Assembly (NCBI GenBank): GCA_964587515.1
Contig: CAZPMO010000008.1
Location: 1-54,580, forward strand
DNA: 54,580 bases
Direction: 5' to 3'
DNA from: an uncultured Rhodospirillaceae bacterium
GTDB lineage: Bacteria > Pseudomonadota > Alphaproteobacteria > MPNO01
Shown here: one piece after another, positions 48,134 through 54,580 of the stretch
How the letters are laid out: each line of letters opens with the position of its first letter
Numbering within the stretch: the stretch's first letter is position 1
Program-made: the position numbers and the translations under genes
Notes under the pieces: model-generated
What the model was told of the DNA's origin: nothing
Seen by the model: the letters and a program-made list of their open reading frames with translations, nothing else
Database searches by the model: none

Positions 48134-48853
48134 TCACACCTCCAGCGCGTCGCCGCCGGCGCAGATGCCGTTCCAGTAATTCTCCCACACCATCAAATTA
48201 ACGCGGCAGGCCTCGACCACCGCGTCCTCCATGCCGAGCCGGGTGGCGTGCTCGGCGACACTATTCCAGCCCAGATCGGAGTGCTTGACATCCGCCTCGG
48301 CGTGCATCCCGAAGAACATGAGCTGGTCGTCGTCGAGGCCGAACGCATCGCGCCATTTCGGGCCTTCGACGGCCATCCAGCCCTTTTCGCGCACTTCGCC
48401 CTCGCCATAGCCGGGCACGTTGGTGCGTTCGGCGCAGGTGTTGGCGATCAGCCCTTCGAGCCAGTGTCGGTTCGACATCAGCGCGTCCCAGGCGAGCCAT
48501 GAGAGCTGCGTGCTGGGCAGCAGTTCCGAGTTCACGATGTCCTCGCGCTTCAGCCCCAGCGCGACGCCGAGATCCTCGACGATCTTCCAGTGCGGCCGGC
48601 CGTCGCCGAATTCGTCATCGGCGATGATTTCCTCCGACACCGCCTCGAGGATGCCGAGTTTCACGTCCCACACCGGACAGTTGGTCGCGACCCGCAGCTT
48701 GAGTACGGAATTGCGGTAACGCGTGTTCTGACGATGCTGGAGGACGAACATCCGGGCCCGGCCCATCGTAATGGGCTCGTGGAAGATCGGCGTCCGCATG
48801 ACGAAGTCATGGACCACCTCGTCGAGCCGGGAAATTACGTCGCTTGCGCTCAT
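48134..48853 (-). CDS. PqqC/TenA-fold (heme-oxygenase-like, iron-containing redox enzyme family) protein
   Basis: 239 aa from the ATG after a ggagg RBS. All-helical composition with acidic/His pairs (SEEIIADDEFGDGRPHW, HAEADVKH). The track ORF reaches 48994. Confidence 0.5.
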   Translation of the reverse strand: MSASDVISRLDEVVHDFVMRTPIFHEPITMGRARMFVLQHRQNTRYRNSVLKLRVATNCPVWDVKLGILEAVSEEIIADDEFGDGRPHWKIVEDLGVALGLKREDIVNSELLPSTQLSWLAWDALMSNRHWLEGLIANTCAERTNVPGYGEGEVREKGWMAVEGPKWRDAFGLDDDQLMFFGMHAEADVKHSDLGWNSVAEHATRLGMEDAVVEACRVNLMVWENYWNGICAGGDALEV

Positions 48854-49371
48854 TATCGCCTCCAGAATTTCGTTCGATGCCGATACATACAACCCGAACC
48901 CGTCAAACGCCACCGCCCGGTCGATCGGGACGCCACCCGAAAAAGCGACGACGGACCCCATGCCCACCGGGAATCCGGGAATTTCGGGCGCCATGATGCG
49001 GCCCTACGTGCGCGAGTTCGATCGTCATCCCCTTCTCCTCCAAACGCACAACGGCGCCGAAAGAAAGCCGGCCCGCTACCACGAACCGGCGCGCTCCGAC
49101 GCCTCTAATTTATCATATTAGGATAAATTATGGCGAAATCAAGGTCACGGAATTAAATTAAAGGAATAATTCGGTCGGATATGGTCAGAAATTCGTGATT
49201 GGAACGGCATCCGGGAACTTTTCCGACTTTCTTCCCGCCGGGAGCGGGAGCCATCCACACCATCTCCTTTTCCTGCCAGCCGAAGTGATTTCGACATAAC
49301 AACAAGCCATTATGGTATATATTGACGACGGAAAGCACCGCGCTTGACAATCCACAAACGGAGGACACGAC

Positions 49372-49572
49372 GTGCTGCGAATTGAGCTTGAGCAGGAGGA
49401 CGACGGCCGTTGGGTTGCCGAAATCCCTGACTTGGCGGGTGTCATGGCCTACGGAGCCACGACGGAGGAAGCCAGGGCCAAGGTCGAGGCGCTCGCGCTT
49501 CGCGCCCTTGCGGACAGGCTTGACCACGGCGAAACCATACCCGAGCTTGGCGAGCTTTTTGTCCCCGCATGA
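49372..49572 (+). CDS. hicB: HicB-family antitoxin (N-terminal HicB fold only, 66 aa)
   Basis: VLRIELEQEDDGRWVAEIPDLAGVMAYGATTEEARAKV. GTG start after a ggagga RBS, with ATGA overlap to hicA. Confidence 0.75.
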   Translation: MLRIELEQEDDGRWVAEIPDLAGVMAYGATTEEARAKVEALALRALADRLDHGETIPELGELFVPA

Positions 49573-49781
49573 GCGCCTGGCGATCGTCACGGGCTCGCCG
49601 CGTTCTTGCGGCCCTCGGCAGGATCGGCTGGACGATCAAACGCCAAGCCGGCTCTCACCGCATTCTTGAGCGTGAAGGCTGGCCTAATTTTGTTTTCGCG
49701 TTCCATGATCGCGAGGAAATCGGCCCCAAGATGCTGGCGCGCATCGCCCGCCACACCGGTCTCACTCCCGACGATCTATAA
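49569..49781 (+). CDS. hicA: HicA-family mRNA-interferase toxin
   Basis: 70 aa. RRVLAALGRIGWTIKRQAGSHRIL...ARIARHTGLTPDDL contains the GSH catalytic motif. Confidence 0.75.
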   Translation: MSAWRSSRARRVLAALGRIGWTIKRQAGSHRILEREGWPNFVFAFHDREEIGPKMLARIARHTGLTPDDL

Positions 49782-49796
49782 CAACGGCGACCGGAC

Positions 49797-50045
49797 ATGG
49801 ACCAGGCCGCGCGCGAACATGTCTTTTTCGTCAAGGCGGATTGGGACGACGAGGCGAAGGTCTGGCGCGTTTCGCATACCGATGTGCCGGGACTGGCAGC
49901 CGAGGCGGACAGCGTCGGGGAGCTGTTGGACCTCCTCGATACGCTCATTCCGGAGCTGGTCGAGCTGAACGGTGACGGCGCGGCGTCGCACGTCCCCTAT
50001 AGCGTCATGCTCGACCATTTGAAGGCCGAACGCGTTCCCGCCTGA
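49797..50045 (+). CDS. DUF1902-type (HicB-like) antitoxin
   Basis: 82 aa. VKADWDDEAKVWRVSHTDVPGLAAEADSVGELLDLLDTLIPELVELNG matches the DUF1902 pattern as I recall it. Confidence 0.65.
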   Translation: MDQAAREHVFFVKADWDDEAKVWRVSHTDVPGLAAEADSVGELLDLLDTLIPELVELNGDGAASHVPYSVMLDHLKAERVPA

Positions 50046-50192
50046 CGGCCGTCGGGTACGTCCTGGAAAGGGCTCCCACGAAATCTGGTACAGCGCGATT
50101 TCGAACAAGCATTTCCCCGTCCAGCATAGAATAAAATCCCGCCCACCGCCAACGCCGTATTGGCGCAGGCCGGCCTGCCCAAGCAATTCTAA
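50042..50192 (+). pseudogene. decayed HicA-like toxin (no start codon, at least two frame breaks)
   Basis: Three frames carry consecutive HicA-like pieces: LTAVGYVLER (from 50042), GKGSHEIWYSAISNKHFPVQHRIKSR (50068-50142), and PTANAVLAQAGLPKQF then stop (50142-50192). Confidence 0.6.
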
Positions 50193-50310
50193 CGGCCGTC
50201 CGTTCAAGGGGAGATGGGGACATCCTTCCTTTTGGAAGCGAGTTTCCCGTATAAGCGCACTTGTCAAACGCAGGCGGAAAGCGCCATTGGCCCGATGCCA
50301 AGCTTCCTTT

Positions 50311-50392
50311 CCGAGGCCGAAGGGTTGTCAAGGGTGGCCCTTCGGGCCATCCGCGTAGCGGACCCCGGCCCTTGACAACCCTTCGGCCTCGG
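50311..50392. repeat. 82-bp hairpin with perfect 24-bp arms
   Basis: ccgaggccgaagggttgtcaaggg (50311-50334) is the exact reverse complement of 50369-50392. The spacer contains a second small hairpin, tggcccttcgggcca. Confidence 0.85.
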
Positions 50393-50452
50393 AACACGCG
50401 CAACCATCGGATCAATGGCGCGGCGTGAACGGGGAGGTTTGGAGCAAGTCGA

Positions 50453-50525
50453 TGGGTCAGGTCTTGCAATGCCACATTTATTGGACAATGAAGTTGGCCG
50501 ATGTTGCAATGCAAGACCTGACCCC
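50453..50525. repeat. 73-bp palindromic element with GGGGTCAGGTCTTGCA termini (MITE-like or solo inverted-repeat pair)
   Basis: The 24-nt arms 50453-50476 and 50502-50525 match 21/24 as reverse complements. Related termini occur at 50535-50545 (minus sense) and 51347-51362 (plus sense). Confidence 0.7.
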
Positions 50526-50578
50526 TTTTGTGCATGACCCCTTTGGTGCGGGTCGCCAAATTAGTGAAACTTTGCTGA

Positions 50579-51015
50579 ATCAGCCACGTATCGGAACCAA
50601 TTGACTTAATCAAAGAAATGAAGCGTCTCACAAGACCTGGCGGACGTTTGGTCATTCATGACGGGGACTATGCTTCGCTCACATATAATTCAGGAAATCC
50701 CGACCTCGATCGGCGGATGCCGGAACAATATATGGGTGCAATTGTCCAAAATCCCTACGTCATGCGCGAGCTTCCGAGCCTTTTCAATAGCCTTGGGCTT
50801 GAGATCGAAGACGCTTTGGGGATGTAATCGTTGAAATTGGCGAGGGGACATATTTTCCGAATCTCGCCGAGAACTTTGGGCCCTTGGCAATTGCGGCAGA
50901 GGTTGTAGAGGAAAGCGAAGTTGACGCTTGGAATAACGGCATTGTTCAGGCGTGCGAACAAAAAATGTTCTTTGGTTCATGCAATTACATGACCTATAGC
51001 GCTAAGGTTTTGTGA
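50579..51015 (+). pseudogene. class I SAM-dependent methyltransferase remnant: 5'-truncated and frameshifted
   Basis: The frame opens right after a TGA at 50576 with HVSEPIDLIKEMKRLTRPGGRLVIHDGDY, the post-motif-III region only. It switches frame near the G-run at about 50818 and continues DVIVEIGEGTYF...YMTYSAKVL. GC is low. Confidence 0.55.
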
Positions 51016-51364
51016 TTATTCGAGACCTTTGAATTGGTAGATAACTCGAACGCAACAGCATCGCATCGTCCGGTCCTGGCACGTTTCCGCCGTCCTGCCC
51101 ATTCCAACTGAGGTCCGAATTACACCGGATAGCCGACATCAGAGCGTCCGCTTTCATGCCTCGCATAAGGCTTGATAAGCGCAATTTATCCAGCGTTCAC
51201 ATTCGGAAATTCCATTAGGGTTTGGACCAATTACAGTGACAGGAATCGAAACTGTTCTACCGACCATCTCGGCGCGTCGCGCAAGATGACGGACGAGATC
51301 CGGACACAAGGCTGTGCTGAGCGATAACGCATTGGGGTTACGGATCGGGGTCAAGTCTTGAACC

Positions 51365-51416
51365 GCGCGGAATTACGGGGACACCATTGAAGTATGGTGT
51401 CCCCGTAATTCCGCGC
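51365..51416. repeat. perfect 23-bp-stem hairpin upstream of the LLM operon
   Basis: gcgcggaattacggggacaccat / tgaagt / atggtgtccccgtaattccgcgc. Confidence 0.85.
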
Positions 51417-51508
51417 CCGCCCCGACGCCACCGTCCAGCGCCGTTGCGGCGCGGGCTTATATTGGGGACAATGCGAACTCGCGAAAGGAGCCCGCCGGGA
51501 GCGCGCGC

Positions 51509-52702
51509 GTGAAGATCTATTTCTTTCATTTGATGCCGTATGCGGACCTCGATATGAGCCATCGGGAGACGCATAATTCGGCGTGGCTGAAGCTGCCCAA
51601 CAGTTATTTCGATCCCGAGAAGGGCCACGCGCTCTATAACCGCTATCTCGACGAACTCGAACTCGCCGTCGAGCTCGGCTTCGACGGCGTCGGGGTCAAT
51701 GAGCATCATCAGACCGCCTACGGGCTGATGCCGTCGCCCATCGTGATGGCGTCGGCGCTGGCGCGGCGCACCGGCGACGCGAAGATCGCCATCCTCGGCA
51801 ATGCGTTCTGCCTGCGCGAACACCCGCTGACGCTGGCCGAGGAACACGCGATGATCGACTGCATCACCGGCGGCCGGCTGATCACCGGTTTCGTGCGCGG
51901 CGTCGGCGCGGAATATTTCGCCATGGGCGTGAACCCGGCGTTTTCGCGCGAACGCCACGAGGAAGCCCACGATCTGGTGATCCGCGCCTGGACCGAGGAA
52001 GGCCCGTTCGCGTTCGAGGGCAAGCACTATCACTTCGAATATGTGAACGTCTGGCCGCGCCCTTTTCAGAAGCCGCACCCGCCCATCTGGTGCCCGTCCA
52101 TGGGCTCCATGGAGACCATCGAATGGGCGGTGCACCCGGACCGCAAATATGTCTATCTGCACGCCTTCACGCCGTTCGAATCGACGCTGAAGTTCCACAA
52201 CATCTTCCGCGATCTGGCCCAGACCAAACACGGCTACCAGGCGTCGTCCGATCAGCTCGGCTGGTGTCTGCCGGTCTATGTGGGCGAGACCGACGCGGCG
52301 GCGCGCGCCGAAGCCGCGACGCATTTCGAGACCATGTTCAACGTGCTGCTGCCCAAGATCTCGCTCGCCATGTTCTCGCCGCCCGGCTATGTGACCGCGG
52401 ACTCCTATCGCCGCTTCGTGACCCATAACAAGAGCGTCCGGGGCGAGATTACCTTCGACGATCTGGTCGAGCGCGGCATCGTGATCTGCGGCTCGCCCGA
52501 CACGGTGCGCGACCGCATCACGGACGCCCATCGCCGGGCCGGCTTCCAGCATTTTCTCTGCCTGTTGCAGTTCGCCACCTTGCCCGCCGACCTCACCGAA
52601 AAGAGCGTCCGGCTGTTCGCGTCCGAGGTGATGCCCGCCTTGCAGGCGCTGACCGATAACGAGTATCAGGGCTTCGAGCCGGAAGGAGTGGCCGCCCAAT
52701 GA
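51509..52702 (+). CDS. LLM-class flavin-dependent oxidoreductase, paralog A
   Basis: 397 aa with a GTG start. (V)KIYFFHLMPY...GFDGVGVNEHHQ is the luciferase-like TIM-barrel pattern. Confidence 0.85.
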   Translation: MKIYFFHLMPYADLDMSHRETHNSAWLKLPNSYFDPEKGHALYNRYLDELELAVELGFDGVGVNEHHQTAYGLMPSPIVMASALARRTGDAKIAILGNAFCLREHPLTLAEEHAMIDCITGGRLITGFVRGVGAEYFAMGVNPAFSRERHEEAHDLVIRAWTEEGPFAFEGKHYHFEYVNVWPRPFQKPHPPIWCPSMGSMETIEWAVHPDRKYVYLHAFTPFESTLKFHNIFRDLAQTKHGYQASSDQLGWCLPVYVGETDAAARAEAATHFETMFNVLLPKISLAMFSPPGYVTADSYRRFVTHNKSVRGEITFDDLVERGIVICGSPDTVRDRITDAHRRAGFQHFLCLLQFATLPADLTEKSVRLFASEVMPALQALTDNEYQGFEPEGVAAQ

Positions 52703-53892
52703 AGACCTATATGTTCCATCTCATGCCCTATGCCGATCTCGACATGGGCTACAGCGACCGATACTCCTCGGTGTGGCTTAAGCTGCCCAACAGCTATTTC
52801 GACCCCGAAAAGGGCCACGCGCTCTATAACCGCTACCTCGACGAGCTCGAACTCGGCGCCGAGCTCGGCTTCGACGGCATCTCGGTGAACGAGCATCATC
52901 AGAACGCCTATGGGCTGATGCCGTCGCCGGTGGTGATGGCCTCGGCGCTGGCAAGGCGCGTGAAGGACGCCCAGATAGCCATCCTCGGCAACGCGTTCGG
53001 CCTGCGCGAGCACCCGCTGACGCTGGCCGAGGAACACGCCATGATCGACTGCATCACCGGCGGCCGGCTGATCACCGGCATGGTGCGGGGCGTGGGCTGC
53101 GAATATTTCTCGCTCGGCGTGAACCCGTCTTTTTCGCTGGAACGCCATATGGAAGCCCACGATCTGGTGATCCGCGCCTGGACCGAGGAAGGCCCGTTCG
53201 CCTTCGAGGGCAAGCATTATCATTTCGAGTATGTGAACGTGTGGCCGCGCCCCTATCAGAAGCCGCACCCGGCCATCTGGTGCCCGTCGCAGGGCAGCGT
53301 CGAGACCATCGAATGGGCGGCCCATCCCGATCGCAAATATGTCTATCTCCAGGCCTACAGCCCCTTCGAATCGGTGCTGGGCTATCTCAATCTCTACCGC
53401 GAAACGGCGCAGCGGCTGTATGGCTATGCCGCGTCATCGAGCCGCATCGGCTGGAGCACGCCCATGTATGTGGCCGACACCGACGAACAGGCCGTCGACG
53501 AGGCGCGCGAACATATCGAATCGCTGTTCAATACATTCCTGCCCAAAATCTCGCAGGCGATGTTCTTCCCGCCGGGCTATTCCTCCATCGCGTCCACCAA
53601 ACGGCTGCTTGAGCACAAGCGCTCGGCGCGCGGCGGCCAGACCATCGAGGGCATGATCGAGCGCGAAATCATTGTCTGCGGCAGTCCCGATACGGTGCGC
53701 AAGACCATCATCGACCGGCACCGGCGCGCCGGCTTCGGCAATCTGGTCTGCATGATGCAGTTCGGCACCCTGCCCGGCGACCTGACGGAAAAGAATATCC
53801 GGCTGTTCACCTCCGAAGTGCTGCCCGCGATCCGCGACCTCGACGACGGCAATTACCGGGGCTTCGAGGCCGGCGCCGTCGCGGCGCAGTAA
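52699..53892 (+). CDS. LLM-class flavin-dependent oxidoreductase, paralog B
   Basis: 397 aa with ATGA overlap to paralog A. It is collinear with A at an exact 1190-bp offset. Confidence 0.85.
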   Translation: MKTYMFHLMPYADLDMGYSDRYSSVWLKLPNSYFDPEKGHALYNRYLDELELGAELGFDGISVNEHHQNAYGLMPSPVVMASALARRVKDAQIAILGNAFGLREHPLTLAEEHAMIDCITGGRLITGMVRGVGCEYFSLGVNPSFSLERHMEAHDLVIRAWTEEGPFAFEGKHYHFEYVNVWPRPYQKPHPAIWCPSQGSVETIEWAAHPDRKYVYLQAYSPFESVLGYLNLYRETAQRLYGYAASSSRIGWSTPMYVADTDEQAVDEAREHIESLFNTFLPKISQAMFFPPGYSSIASTKRLLEHKRSARGGQTIEGMIEREIIVCGSPDTVRKTIIDRHRRAGFGNLVCMMQFGTLPGDLTEKNIRLFTSEVLPAIRDLDDGNYRGFEAGAVAAQ

Positions 53893-53904
53893 TCACGGGA
53901 AAAA

Positions 53905-54546
53905 ATGACGGACACCAAGCTCACGGCCGAACATTACGCGCGGCTCGACGAAGAGGACGACCGGCTTTTCTATGAAACGCCGCGGCTGGTCGCCCATATC
54001 GACGAGCCGGCCTGCGCGGCGCTGGCGGGCTTTCATGGCGAGATGTTCCCGGGCACCGGCGAAATCCTCGATCTGATGTCGAGCTGCATTTCTCACCTGC
54101 CCATCGCGTCTGGCTACCGGTCCGTGATCGGGCTCGGCATGAACGAGATAGAGCTTGCCGCCAATCCTCAGCTTACCGCCGCCGTGATCCACGATCTCAA
54201 CGCGAACCCGGTGCTGCCCTTCGCCGACGAGAGCTTCGACGGCTGCGCGATCTCGGTCTCGATCCAGTATCTTACCCGGCCGATCGAGGTGTTTCGTGAA
54301 ATCGCGCGCGTCCTGCGGCCCGACGCGGTCTGCGCGGTGACGTTCTCGAACCGCATGTTCCCGACCAAGGCGATCGCGGTTTGGCGCGCCCTCGACGACG
54401 CGGACCGTGCGCGGCTGGTGGGTTATTACTTCGTGGAAGCCGGCGGTTTCGAGGAGCCGAATTTCGTCGAGCTTTCGCCGGCCCAAGGCGAAACCGATCC
54501 GCTTTTCGCGGTCACGGCGCGGCGGCTAGCTGTGATGTCTCAATAG
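53905..54546 (+). CDS. class I SAM-dependent methyltransferase
   Basis: 213 aa. ILDLMSSCISHLP, FDGCAISVSIQYL and VLRPDAVCAVTFSN fit methyltransferase type-11-like motifs. It starts 12 nt after LLM-B. Confidence 0.75.
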   Translation: MTDTKLTAEHYARLDEEDDRLFYETPRLVAHIDEPACAALAGFHGEMFPGTGEILDLMSSCISHLPIASGYRSVIGLGMNEIELAANPQLTAAVIHDLNANPVLPFADESFDGCAISVSIQYLTRPIEVFREIARVLRPDAVCAVTFSNRMFPTKAIAVWRALDDADRARLVGYYFVEAGGFEEPNFVELSPAQGETDPLFAVTARRLAVMSQ

Positions 54547-54580
54547 GTTGTTCATTCGACCCTGCCTTGAGAAGCTGATG

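Noticed and set aside
48854-48994. A 47-codon N-terminal extension of the PqqC-like ORF
   Set aside because: The internal ATG at 48853 has a strong ggagg RBS and the upstream peptide is Gly/Val/Pro-rich filler. It is kept only as an uncertainty on the start.
49153-49590. A 145-aa minus-strand ORF overlapping hicB, and a possible remnant gene in 49153-49330
   Set aside because: The hicB/hicA reading on the plus strand is much better supported. The non-overlapping C-terminal part has no motif I can recognise.
50005-50655. A 216-aa minus-strand ORF across the palindrome region
   Set aside because: It runs through both palindromic elements and the decayed toxin. It has no motif and no RBS, and its composition fits a chance open frame.

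Overview
This is a GC-rich chromosomal segment with alphaproteobacterial gene order. About 1-34.9 kb is a nearly unbroken minus-strand run of conserved housekeeping genes: addA/addB, murU-like, amgK-like, tsaE, a DivL-type kinase with Tyr in the H-box, ahcY, NPr, EIIA-Man, rapZ, a short hprK, chvG and chvI. It continues with a hugZ-like gene, pckA, an orphan Fe(3+)-binding protein, polA, folC, accD, trpA/B/F, pyrF, an OCD-family gene, lapA-like, ihfB, sppA, rpsA, cmk, aroA and a TIGR02300 zinc-ribbon protein, and ends at tRNA-Ala(GGC) (34805-34880). Downstream of the tRNA (about 35-54.6 kb) the content is accessory. It holds a Rieske oxygenase, an orphan ParA-like ATPase + ribbon-helix-helix + tail-anchored membrane protein cassette behind a ~160-bp tract of about 19% G+C, and two MetE-like genes. 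It also holds a Bug/TctC-like binding protein, a deacetylase, a TRAP transporter, a gentisate-dioxygenase-like cupin, a frameshifted LLM oxidoreductase and a PqqC/TenA-fold protein. A low-GC patch follows with hicBA, a DUF1902 antitoxin next to a decayed HicA-like toxin, gene remnants and several long palindromes. The window ends with two translationally coupled LLM paralogs plus a SAM methyltransferase. No CRISPR array, rRNA, integrase, transposase or phage genes were seen. The best candidates for something undescribed are the ParA/RHH/membrane cassette (36.8-38.5 kb) and a ~280-bp nested-palindrome element ending 13 nt upstream of the hugZ-like start (14.17-14.44 kb). All calls come from reading the sequence and ORF track by eye. 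No database search was run.
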